Source: Nemertoderma westbladi (taxonomy: Eukaryota; Animalia; Xenacoelomorpha). From it: a stretch of 64,000 bases of DNA. Location: NCBI GenBank assembly GCA_032718475.1, contig JAUCBJ010003374.1:1-64000 (forward strand). The letters run 5' to 3'. A model generated the notes under the pieces. It had not been told where the DNA came from. It saw only the letters and a list, made by a program, of their open reading frames with translations, and did no database searches. The position numbers and the translations under genes were made by a program. Each line of letters starts with the position of its first letter. Position 1 is the stretch's first letter. This document shows positions 40,450 to 53,314 of this stretch, piece after piece.

Positions 40450-43291
40450 ACTATCTATTGCCTGTATCTTTACGAGACTATCTATTGTCTGTATCTTTAC
40501 GAGACTATCTATTGTCTGTATCTTTACGAGACTATCTATTGTCTGTATCTTTACGAGACTATCTATTGTCTGTATCTTTACGGGACTATCTATTGTCTGT
40601 ATCTTTACGAGACTATCTATTGTCTGTATCTTTACGAGACTATCTATTGTCTGTATCTTTACGAGACTATCTATTGTCTGTATCTTTACGAGACTATCTA
40701 TTGTCTGTATCTTTACGAGACTATCTATTGTCTGTATCTTTACGAGACTATCTATTGTCTGTATCTTTACGAGACTATCTATTGTCTGTATCTTTACGAG
40801 ACTATCTATTGTCTGTATCTTTACGAGACTATCTATTGTCTGTATCTTTACGAGACTATCTATTGTCTGTATCTTTACGAGACTATCTATTGTCTGTATC
40901 TTTACGAGACTATCTATTGTCTGTATCTTTACGGGACTATCTATTGTCTGTATCTTTACGAGACTATCTATTGTCTGTATCTTTACGAGACTATCTATTG
41001 TCTGTATCTTTAGGAGACTATCTATTGTCTGTATCTTTACGAGACTATCTATTGTCTGTATCTTTACGAAACTATCTATAGTCTGTATCTTTACGAGACT
41101 ATCTATTGTCTGTATCTTTACGAGACTATCTATAGTCTGTATCTTTACGAGACTATCTATTGTCTGTATCTTTACGAGACTATCTATTGTCTGTATCTTT
41201 ACGAGACTATCTATTGTCTGTATCTTTACGAGACTATCTATTGTCTGTATCTTTACGAGACTATCTATTGTCTGTATCTTTACGAGACTATCTATTGTCT
41301 GTATCTTTACGAGACTATCTATAGTCTGTATCTTTACGAGACTATCTATTGTCTGTATCTTTACGAGACTATCTATTGTCTGTATCTTTACGAGACTATC
41401 TATTGTCTGTATCTTTACGAGACTATCTATTGTCTGTATCTTTACGAGACTATCTATTGTCTGTATCTTTACGAGACTATCTATTGTCTGTATCTTTACG
41501 AGACTATCTATTGTCTGTATCTTTACCAGACTATCTATTGTCTGTATCTTTACGAGACTATCTATTGTCTGTATCTTTACGGGACTATCTATTGTCTGTA
41601 TCTTTACGAGACTATCTATTGTCTGTATCTTTACGAGACTATCTGTTGTCTGTATCTTTACGAGACTATCTATTGTCTGTATCTTTACGAGACTATCTAT
41701 TTTCTGGATCTTTACGAGACTATCTATTGTCTGTATCTTTACGAGACTATCTGTTGTCTGTATCTTTACGAGACTATCTATTGTCTGTATCTTTACGAGA
41801 CTATCTATTGTCTGTATCTTTACGAGACTATATATTGTCTGTATCTTTACGAGACTATCTATTGTCTGTATCTTTACGAGACTATCTATTGTCTGTATCT
41901 TTACGAGACTATCTGTTGTCAGTATCTTTACGAGACTATCTATTGTCTGTATCTTTACGAGACTATCTGTTGTCTGTATCTTTACGAGTCTATCTATTGT
42001 CTGTATCTTTACGGGACTATCTATTGTCTGTATCTTTACGAGACTATCTGTTGTCTGTATCTTTACGAGACTATCTATTGTCTGTATCTTTACGAGACTA
42101 TCTGTTGTCTGTATCTTTACGAGACTATCTATTGTCTGTATCTTTACGAGACTATCTATTGTCTGTATCTTTACGAGACTATCTATAGTCTGTATCTTTA
42201 CGGGACTATCTATTGTCTGTATCTTTACGAGACTATCTGTTGTCTGTATCTTTACGAGACTATCTATTGTCTGTATCTTTACGAGACTATCTGTTGTCTG
42301 TATCTTTACGAGTCTATCTATTGTCTGTATCTTTACGGGACTATCTATTGTCTGTATCTTTACGAGACTATCTGTTGTCTGTATCTTTACGAGACTATCT
42401 ATTGTCTGTATCTTTACGAGACTATCTATTGTCTGTATCTTTACGAGACTATCTATTGTCTGTATCTTTACGAGACTATCTATTGTCTGTATCTTTACGA
42501 GACTATCTATTGTCTGTATCTTTACGAGACTATCTGTTGTCTGTATCTTTACGAGTCTATCTATTGTCTGTATCTTTACGAGACTATCTATTGTCTGTAT
42601 CTTTACGGGACTATCTATTGTCTGTATCTTTACGAGTTTATCTATTGTCTGTATCTTTACGGGACTATCTGTTGTCTGTATCTTTACGAGTCTATCTATT
42701 GTCTGTATCTTTACGAGACTATCTATTGTCTGTATCTTTACGAGACTATCTATTGTCTGTATCTTTACGAGACTATCTATTGTCTGTATCTTTACGAGAC
42801 TATCTATTGTCTGTATCTTTACGAGACTATCTATTGTCTGTATCTTTACGAGACTATCTATTGTCTGTATCTTTACGAGACTATCTATTGTCTGTATCTT
42901 TACGAGACTATCTATTGTCTGTATCTTTACGAGACTATCTATTGTCTGTATCTTTACGAGACTATCTATTGTCTGTATCTTTACGAGACTATCTATTGTC
43001 TGTATCTTTACGAGACTATCTATTGTCTGTATCTTTACGAGACTATCTATTGTCTGTATCTTTACGAGACTATCTATTGTCTGTATCTTTACGAGACTAT
43101 CTATTGTCTGTATCTTTACGAGACTATCTATTGTCTGTATCTTTACGAGACTATCTATTGTCTGTATCTTTACGAGACTATCTATTGTCTGTATCTTTAC
43201 GAGACTATCTATTGTCTGTATCTTTACGAGACTATCTATTGTCTGTATCTTTACGAGACTATCTATTGTCTGTATCTTTACGAGACTATCT
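40450..43291. repeat. 27-bp minisatellite (ACTATCTATTGTCTGTATCTTTACGAG)n, ~105 copies
   Basis: Directly visible; explains the 9-aa periodic ORFs. Confidence 0.97.
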
Positions 43292-43505
43292 GCGTGGTCA
43301 AATATTTAAATTATATAACATTTTACCTCATTTTGTATCTTGGTGCGTTGATATGGAAACTAATAACGTCACGTTCAAGGCAGAACACCAAAACTTTATT
43401 TTATGGCGGTTCCGAGATAATTAATTAATATAAACAAAAAATGTCTAGTGAAAACCCGATATTGAATTACCCAAAACGGGCTCTGCCATGAGCGTGGCAT
43501 ATAAC

Positions 43506-44215
43506 TTTTGTTACATTATGTCAACTTAACAGTGTTCTGGTGAATTACTCGTAACGCTGCAATGTACTACTTTGCAGCGTTGCAGCCTATAGGACGGAAC
43601 GCTGCAAAGTAATCAATGACATGGAAACAATTTCAATTACCGTATTCGAGAATGTATTATTTCCATTTATGTTAGGAGTGCTGCTTTATTATCCAGTTTG
43701 CAGTGACGGGACTAGCTACTGTATGTAAATAATAACCTTTAACGTGTACTGTATTCCATTATGTCGAAACGTCCAATAGAAGACACTTTAGAAAAAATGA
43801 CCAAAGAAAACGACGACATTGTTCAGTAAAACTGAACGGACATAGACGGTGACTAAGTTTGCTTCAGTCGACTATATTCAAGATGGATTAATGATTTATC
43901 ACAACCAAGCAGGAGAGAACTTCCAATGAACTTTAATTAGATTTAAATGTATAATTAATATTGTGTACCTGTTAATAAATTTAACTTATATTCGATATAG
44001 TACATCATTAAAATGTATAAATGAGAATCCATAAAATCTTTTCTTCACATACCGAACGCGGATAAGTTGACGTAATGTAACAAAATTACATACATCATTG
44101 GTTGCAAAGGTCACTTTTCAGCGTTAAAGACCCTTGTTTATTTATGTGAACCTCCCTCGCTGCGCTCGCTTGGTACATAAATAAACTCGGGTCATAACGC
44201 TGCAAAGTGCTACTT
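43506..44215 (-). mobile_element. Non-autonomous palindromic element, copy 2 (inverted, longer relative of 1697-2263)
   Basis: Reverse-complement match to 1697-2263 including both inverted repeats and the terminal hairpin; extra internal sequence at ~43580-43735. Confidence 0.75.
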
Positions 44216-44831
44216 CGACACAATGATGTATATAGTTATAACATCGTGTATTTAATGCTGTTTAATTTAAACCGGTATCTTAGTTTTATAATTAAATTTG
44301 TTATTAATATTTGTGTCCTCATCAATCGGCCGTAGAGTTACCGGTAATTTAATGTTCGTAAATTATTTGTTTAGCACCTGCAACCACAGGGTTGGACGGG
44401 GGGGACACGTCCCTCCCACTTTTCAGGTAGGGGGGGGGGGGGGGGGGGGGACACCATGTCATATGTCCCCGGCACTTTTTACACATTTTATATTCAATTT
44501 AAAAGTCAAATAATCTTAAACTCTGGTCGGGTACTAAACCCCGTGAACTGTTTCTGCACTGGCAATATAAGTCAACCTGTTTGATTTAAGGTGTATTTCC
44601 ATATCCCCTAAATTTCGTATATTGCTTTGGTTAGAATAAAAAAAATAAAACAATTGATGATTACATTTTTTAATTCCCCATAATTTTCAATTCCGTCAAG
44701 TCAAGATAAGCTGATTCACCCAGTAAGAAGTGCCGAAATGACCTCTATAAGGCGCAGAAAGAGTCCCGACTCAAACAGACTACATAATCGTATAATAAAA
44801 TAAAAGCTCCAGTGAATCGGAATCACTTGGC

Positions 44832-45452
44832 TGTTGCAACAGCCAAGTGTGAGATCCAGCTTCACACTACAGCTGAGCAACAGGTATGAGGTTCTTGCCT
44901 CTGAGGCGGCAGATCACTGTGAGGGCTATACTGCCTTCACTGAGGCGGTTAAGTTAGCAGCTGCAGAAACAGTTCCTGTATACCCTCGAAACAGGAAAAG
45001 GGCCCCCTGGACTGACAACAAAATCCAGAAGTGCCGAAATGACCTATATAAGGTGCAGAAAGAGTCCCGACTCAAACAGACTACAGCAGCCAAGAATGCA
45101 GTTAAGGCTGCATCTAGGTCCCTGAACAGGCAGTACTCTGTTAATCTACAGGAGCTAATAAACCAACAGGTTGATGCCATCAATGATGCTGACGACAGCA
45201 GGCAATCATCCCAGGCATGGAAATCGATCAACTTGCTTACTGGGCGGAAAAGCAAACCAACCACCAAGGTTAAGGCAGAATCACCAGTCATAGATCATCA
45301 TAGTGATGATGGGGTGATGGTAACTCCACCTACTGGCTCCAGAAGTCGAGGTAATCCTGCGATTCTGAAAGTGACCTTACTGATCTAGACTTTGCTGATG
45401 ACTTAGGAGTACTTTCAGAATCACTAGAGGGAGCCCAACAGCTCCTCAGCTC
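44832..45452 (+). mobile_element. Family A LINE fragment with an internal deletion
   Basis: Near-identical peptide to the N-part of ORF 30686-32428, then jumps ~0.8 kb to DHH..TGSRSRGNPA..DFADD; a short duplicate piece lies at ~44726-44783. Confidence 0.88.
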
Positions 45453-47194
45453 CAGAGTGAATCGGTGTCCAGTGAATCAGCAAGAACTTCGAATCTATTT
45501 GTGTTCGATCCCATTATAACAGTATAATGATATAATATAGGCAGATAACCACCAGTACACTCACAGTCAGACAGTTATAAAAGCCTTAGTAGGTCTCTGA
45601 CACTACAGTCCCGAATTTCCAGCTAAACATAGAATAATGAGCTTGGCAGTTATAAAAAATTCTTTTGAATACTATATTATCTCCAATAATTAAAATTTTT
45701 TAAATAGACTAAATAATTATCTTAGTTGTTAGTTTTCTTTTCATAAGTATAACTGTAGTTGTGTATTGGTGGCTGAATTAATGGGATCTCCTGTCTCAGC
45801 CACCAACCACAATATGTACTTTAATTATTTTATATATGTTATTATTATTGTTTATTTTTTCTGTAACTCTATATCATGTACCTTAGACTTATATGTTTTA
45901 TTCAGTATTATCTTGTGCATCTTGTGGAAATTGTTAATAATAAAGTTCAAGTTCAACAGTACCGGTACCGTACTGTAATCCTGTAGTCTCCTAGCAACCA
46001 GCTGATGCCAAGCCTAATAATTTTTGGGTATATTAATTTATTATAACTGTAAGACAGTTACACAGATGCTGCACGAAGACCCCACGCAAATTCAACTTGA
46101 AAAATTTCTAAACTTTTGCCAGACTACATGTACCAAGTTTGGATATATTTTATCGAGATTTGGCTGAGTTATTAACGTTTAAAATTGGACACAACAGATC
46201 GACAGAACAACAGACACACCGATTGAGTTAGTGGTATCTGTATGCTAAGCTCGCTTACTTTCGTCGCTCGCCCTACATTATACTGCTACGGAGTTTACCT
46301 CCCATGCAGGTCCTTTATTCGCTGGTCAGATTTCTGATGACTAGCATTTATTACATGCCCTTATGTCTTTATTCCAATATGTTAATGTCTGTGTCGTGGT
46401 GACATTATAACTTCATTGTTAATAATTGAACTTTTTACGTGTATTATAACCGATATTCTATTGTTAAACTCAATTTGCTCACATCGTTTGCTTAATATAT
46501 CGCCGATATTACAGAATCAAGGAAGTTTTACACGCGCCACAACAGGTGGGTCAATATAATTAAGTATCAGTGATAATCTGAACAATTGCATCAGAATTGT
46601 GTGTTGTCGTACCTCTGATTTACTAAATAATTAATATATGGCGATATCTCAGACTATTAATATAAGCAAAGCTCTTATTATTAATTACATCACGATTGAG
46701 AGTTGTCACAAATTGAATACTGTAGTGATATCAAAATAATTAAACCAAAGACTTGTCATAATACATTTTCCCTAAAGGGAAACACAATCACCAGACTTGA
46801 GTCCTTACATAGTTAATTAGTCAGTCATTTGCTTGTTATACTGTGTTGCCACACCCTCCCGGTATCATATCTCAGTTAAATACAATAGATAATCAAATGC
46901 CGTATTGAACTAAATAAAATATAAAGCAAATCAATACATAAGAATAAAAATGGGGAGATAGATCGATCCAGTGAGCAGAAGAATTCTTAGACTCTCGAGA
47001 TCCAAGAAAGAACATTTGAGGATTCGGTTTTTATCTTTACACAGGTGAAAACCTTCGGATACATAAGGGGAAGGCATGGGCTGCATCGAATAGTATGTCC
47101 AGGATTTGGAACTCACATAGAATACAACGTAATCACAAGATTAGATTATTTAGGGCAGCAGTAGAACCATTACACTTACATGTGAGTTAATACT

Positions 47195-47645
47195 GTGCTC
47201 TTACGGAAAAGGATACCAAAAATTTCTGGATGGCACTTTCACAAGAATGCCACGGCGGGTTTATTGTGTCAAGTACATTGAACACATCTCCAATCAGACT
47301 CTACAGTATACAACATTGGAGGTGTATCATCAGTCTCCCCTAGCTTGACACTTGAATGGAACCGCCTCCGCTTTGACGGAAATTTCTGCCGTGTCGCCGC
47401 GAGGACAAGCCAGTGCATAATCTTATGCTTTGGCGGCCCCATGGAGCGAATAAGCAAGCATGGTGGACAGCCCATGAATTTCGTGAAAAGCCTATTTAAG
47501 AATACTGGAAGGACCCTGGCCTTGAAGATGCGGATGATCTATCAAATGTTACGGGTGATAGGGAGTTCTGGCGGCGCACTTTTGTCGACAAGCCGGCACA
47601 GCATTCTTAATACAGTACCGGTATATAATATAATGCAGCTGCAAT
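47195..47645 (+). mobile_element. Diverged 3' fragment of family A LINE
   Basis: Reverse-complement similarity to 30190-30610, including the GTCGACAAGCCGGCACAGCATTCTTAA end. Confidence 0.8.
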
Positions 47646-48036
47646 ACAGCGTCCCGATGGTAGTTAGTAGACCGGGACTTGAATAAGTGTTAACTCCGTG
47701 ATTGTAGTTAATAGGTCTAATCTCCAGATTTGAGAGCTATTCTTATTATATCTAACTGTCGCAAGTGGAAATACAGTAGAACTTTGTAGTAGATGAGAAC
47801 ATACGCAAAGGAAGCGCAGTCTATTGTTTGTTATTTTGCAAGAGCAATAGTAATACAATACCTTGGTTTGACTTTACCGCTTATTCCTGGACCTACTGTA
47901 TGTATAATAAGCAAAATATAGCGATTATTTATATACGCGTAGCCTTTATCCATAAGCTGAAAAGTAATATACGCCAGCCAGCAGTGTTAATAAAAATAAT
48001 CATACACGTATTGATGCGGGGGCTGGGATAATCTCA

Positions 48037-49258
48037 ACAAGTCCCTAAAAGGTGCCACCCTGCTCCATAGCGCGGGAAATTCAAATGATTGAAAGACATG
48101 TAATTTGTACTGAAAGGGTGGCAGATCAGATCTGCTACCTATATTTTGGCGGTAAATTCAAATCTGTTTTAACATTGAATACATGAATAGAGTAAGACTA
48201 AATGTAATTCATTGAATCAGAATAAATTATTTCTTATCGGTTTAACTCACTCATCCGTTATTGTTGTTGTTTTATCTATTCTGGGACTTCGAGCAGCACG
48301 TGATCACGTGAACAACTAAACCTGACGTTCTCTGGGGCATTGAGCAGCACGTGAACAACTAAACTGGCTGGTTACCTAGTCTGGGACATCGAGCAGCACG
48401 TGAACAACTAAACCAGCACGTTAACTAGTTTGGGGCTTCGAGCAGCACGTGAACAACTAAGCTGACTGGTTAACTATAGTCTGGGACTTCCAGTAGCACG
48501 TGAACAACTAAGCTAACTGGTTAACTAGTCATCTGGGACTTCGAGCAAAATTGCAAATTGAAGAGGGTGGGGGGGGGGGGGGGATCGGGAGATTTGGCTT
48601 TAACTTCTATCAGTAAAATGTAAAGAACATTTATTATTTGCTTGTATCAGTTATAATAATTACATCAGAACATTGTAATTATAACAATATAGCAGGGAAC
48701 TGATAGTCTGATAGTAAAATATATCGCAGGTAGGCCTACTGTAATAACAATATGTGTATAATGCTTCTGCCTATACTGCTATATCTGTCCCAGACATGTA
48801 CCAGACTAGTTAACCAGTCAGCTTAGTTGTTTACGTGCTGCTCGAAGTCCCAGACTTGTTAACCAGGCAGCTTAGTTGTACACGTGCTGCTCGTAGTCCC
48901 AGAGGTATCCAGCCAGTTTATTTGTTCACGTGGTGCTCGATGCCCCAAACTACTGCGGTAGTTAGCGTGCTGGTTTTGTTGTTCACGTGCTGCTCGAAGT
49001 CCCAGAATATATAAAATCAGCAACATTATCGGATGAGTGAGTTAAACCGATAATAAATAATTTATTCTGATTCAATGAATTACATTGGCAGATTGGTCTT
49101 ACTCTATTCATGTATTCAATGTTAAAACAGATTTGAATTTACCGCCAATATATAGGTGGCAGATCTGATCTGCCACCCTTTCCAGTACAAATAACATGTC
49201 TTTCAATCATTTGAATTTCCCGCGCTATGGAGCAGGGTGGCACCTTTTAGGGACTTGT
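48037..49258. mobile_element. Foldback/Mutator-like non-autonomous transposon with 9-bp TSD
   Basis: TIR ACAAGTCCCTAAAAGGTGCCACCC...; TSD ATAATCTCA at 48028-48036 and 49259-49267; mirrored internal GAGCAGCACGTGAACAACTAA repeats. Confidence 0.92.
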
Positions 49259-50842
49259 ATAATCTCATGTATGCCATCTGCGCCTTGCCAACTGCACTGC
49301 CTATATTCCCTTCCCTCATGCACAATATGTAGAACCAGAACGGAATAGTAGGAGTAGAGTACCTCCTACATGCCAGGAAAGGAAACACAGAATTATTACG
49401 TCATATTCTTTCTCCATCATTGGTTGTTTGATTTACGCCACACCCACTCCCATCAGAACGTCACACATATCAGTACACCCCTATCAGCCTATGTACGTCA
49501 GAAACGCAGGGCGACGTCACAGTCACATGGTTCTTTCAACCTAAACTTATTACTGTAGGCCTATTACTAACTGTAGGCCTATTGTACTAATGTACCGATA
49601 GGCAGGTAGGTGATAATGTAGATTGTAGATGGCAGATGGTAGAAGTACTGACGTAGGCCTAGGTACCGGTCAGCCGGTACCGTAGCCTGGTAGCGCAACC
49701 TTGTCTGCTGTAAGGCAGGTATATTCTGATATTTTGCATTTAGGCCTACTACTACTGTCAGGTCAGATAGCAGCCTACTAAATTGCTAGACCTTAGGTCT
49801 GGCTTACTGCAGTACTGGCTTAGAGGCTTAGGCTTAGAGTGCGTAGACCTAGCTGCCTAGGCTGCTAGGTATCTATCAGCCTATGTTAGTAGTGTATAGC
49901 TGTCTATAGACACTGTACCGGTACGGTTCTATCACATTTGAGGCACTGTCTGACAATCAGACAGTGGCAAACACCTTTCCACAGTGGCCATTTTTGGACC
50001 GATTTGTCTCAAATTTCACACATACACTCTCTGTCTAGCCCTATGTGTAACTTCATAGAAAAAAAATTAAATCAGTGTGATTTTCCGCTTCGAGCAGCAC
50101 GATTGAAAAGGGTTTGACTAAATACGCCACCGAAAACCACCGACACCTTTCGCATACCACCGACAACCACTGACAACAAAAGACACAAACCGACAGGTAA
50201 GATCGCAAACCGACAGTATACCGACAACTTCGGCAATGTTAGTTAACTATTTCAGTACATGATTATACCATTTTTATTCCCAGTCCAAATATTTATAACA
50301 AAGTATATTGTCCACTGTCGGCCTGTTGTCGGTGGTGTAATTAGTCATGTTAATTTCTTTAAAATATAATACCGCCTTCATATATTATCTTGTTTTAAAT
50401 TATTATATTGCATAGCGTAATGGTAAAATCGATAGTGTTTTGTCATATGTTGGTGTGTTGCTATTATTATTAATTAGTTTTTGTCGGTTAGTCATGATAA
50501 TTTCTTTAAAATATAATACCGCCTTCATATATTATCTGTTTTGAATTATTATATTGCATAGCATAATGGTAAAAATCGTAAGTGTTTTTCATATGTCGGT
50601 GTGTTGCTATTATTATTAGTTTTTGTCGGTGGTAGTCAGACTGTTGTCGGTGGTAGTCAAACTGTTGTCAGTGGTATATTTCTGCGGTATCCGTTCTTAA
50701 ACTTGGACATACAGTACAGTGCGATAGGCCCCTACAATGCCGAAATTTATTACTTTACATACAGCTGCACATTGTGTGACGTAATTGGTATTTACCTAAA
50801 TGACGTAAAGTAAAGTGAAGGAAGGAAACAAGGTCCAAAATA

Positions 50843-51533
50843 TGTCGAATTTTTTTATGATCTATTATAATGCACCATTGAATGGTGTTTCCAAATCTGA
50901 AAACCGCTATTTAATAGCTCTTTTAGTTTTCAAGTTATGTAAATTTATATTTAGGGACTCGTATTGAAATTACTATTACTATGTATAATGAAAGGTCGAT
51001 TATCTCCAAATTTTTTTTTCATGAAATTGTCAACTTCAAAACCCTACTACTTCTACAATTTTTGAGTAATTAGTCTGAAACTTCCTGTGGGTGTCTAGAT
51101 AGCCACCCTACATAAAAGTATCAGACAACATTTCGAAATTTTTTGTTAATAAAATTTAATACTATTTATAAAAAACCTAAAAATTAGCATAAATTTGCAA
51201 CGCCACCTAGCGGTGCAGAATTATTTTAACAAAATTTCGCCTGATATTTATGTTGCCCCATCTTTGATCTATCATATAAAAAAACTTTCATGTGATTAGG
51301 TTCAAAACTGTAAAAGCCTTAGGGTTTTAAGCGCAACCATGTTTTTTTTGTTGTTAACTAGTATTAACTAATATTAAATAGCGAAAAAAATATTTTTCTT
51401 ACCTGTCATGTAGAATAGCATCTTAGACACCTATATGCCAAATTTTAGCCAAAACCAAACAATTTTGAAACGCTGAGAGTGATAAATCGAAGAGTTGACC
51501 GAAAATGGTGTACCCCCCCCCCCCCCCCCCCCC
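50843..51533. mobile_element. One-ended Kolobok-type non-autonomous element
   Basis: Ends in GGTGTAC(C)n followed by TTAA, the same terminus type as 35187-36315; other end not found. Confidence 0.5.
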
Positions 51534-52249
51534 TTAACTGGCTTTAAAATTTGACTAAATACTACACCGACACCTTTCGCATACCACCGACAACAAAAGA
51601 CACAAACCGACACAAACCGACAGGTAAGATCGCAAACCGACAGTATACCGACAGCTTCGGCAATGTTAGTAAACTATTTCAGTACATGATTATACAATTT
51701 TTATTTCCAGTCCAAATATTTATAACAAAGTATATTGTCCACTGTCGGCCTGTTGTCGGTGGTGTAATTAGTCATGATAATTTCTTTAAAATATAATACC
51801 GCCTTCATAAATTATCTGTTTTAAATTATTATATTGCATAACGTAATGGTAAAAATCTTTAGTGTTTTTCATATGTCGGTGTGTTTTTTTTATTATTAGT
51901 TTTTGTCGGTGGTAGTCAGACTATTGTCGGTGGTATTTTTCTGCGGTATCAGTTCCTATACTCTGACATACAGTACAGTGCAATACAATTCCGAAATTTA
52001 TTACTTTACATACACCTGAACATTGTGTGACGTAATTGGTATTTACCTAAATGACGTAAAGTAAAGTGAAGGAAGGAAACAAGAAGTAACGGAAGCTCCT
52101 TTCTCTCTTGGATGTTACCGGAAAAGAATGGTTGCCCAACACAATCTCCCAAGGATGACCACTTCATAACTATTCAACCTTTTCTGTATCCCCATAAGCC
52201 AGGCGACATATTGTACTTTTGGATTTGTTAACCTAAGACTTTGCCTATA

Positions 52250-52560
52250 TTAAGAATGATATGACGTCTTGTCGACAAACATACGAACCATGACATTTGC
52301 TAGATCATCCGCATTTTCAAGGCCAGTGTCCTTTAAGATGCGTCTCAAGAAAGTCGTGGGCTGTACACCATGCTTATTCACTCCATGAGGCTGCCAAAGC
52401 ACAACATAATGCACTGGCTGGTCCTCACGGCGAAACCAATATCCTGCAAAGCGGAGACGCTTACGTTCAAGTGTCAAGCTTTGGGGGTCTATAGACACTT
52501 CCAATTGTTTATAGTGTATTATTGGAGATGTGTTCATTGTACTATACAGTGTACTTGACA
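52250..52560 (-). mobile_element. 3' fragment of family A LINE
   Basis: Peptide ..LRFAGYWFRREDQPVHYVVLWQPHGVNKHG.. matches 30230-30540. Confidence 0.85.
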
Positions 52561-53314
52561 TAATTAATGACTAAGGTCTAAAGTGTCCATTTATGTGCTA
52601 CTGTAAAGACTTTGCCGTAACTGGCTTTAAAAATTATTGCTAATGTAGCTTTTTGTTTCCGCTTTTTACCCTCAAACCGACAACCAGCCACATCGACAAA
52701 CATAAACCGATCAGAAGGAATCACGAATTATTCAGCGTCGGCATCGTCGGGCTATTGTCGGTGGTGCATTTAGTAAAGCCCCAAAGCCGCTACAATTGGC
52801 GGCAAAAGACACAAACCGACAAGTAAAATGACAAACCGACATTCCGTCACTGTTGGTTGATTGTATTAGCGCGAGTTTATAAAAGTTTAATTCTGAATTC
52901 ACACTCAAAATATTTCAACATTTTATTAATTCTCGGAACTGTCAGTTTACTACTGTCGGTGTCGGTCGGCCGCCTGGCGTATGGGGATACAGAAAATAGT
53001 TATGAAGTGGTCATCCTTGGGAGATTGTGTTGGGCAACCACTCTTTTCCGGTAACATCCAAGAGAGAAAGGAGTTTCCGTTGCTTCTTGTTTCCTTCCTT
53101 CACTTTACTTTACGTCATTTAGGTAAATACCAATTACGTCACACAATGTGCAGCTGTATGTAAAGTAATAAATTTCGGCATTGTAGGGGCCTATCGCATT
53201 GTACTGTATGTCCAAGTTTAAGAACGGATACCGCAGAAATACTGTATACCACTGACAACAGTCTGACTACCACCGACAACAGTCTGACTACCACCGACAA
53301 AAACTAATAATAAT

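Noticed and set aside
40348-43424. LLSVSLRDY / YCLYLYETI repeat proteins
   Set aside because: Translations of the 27-bp minisatellite, interrupted by sporadic stops
1697-44215. A single 42-kb composite transposon bounded by the two inverted element copies
   Set aside because: Copies are diverged and differ in length, with no flanking TSD; independent insertions are simpler
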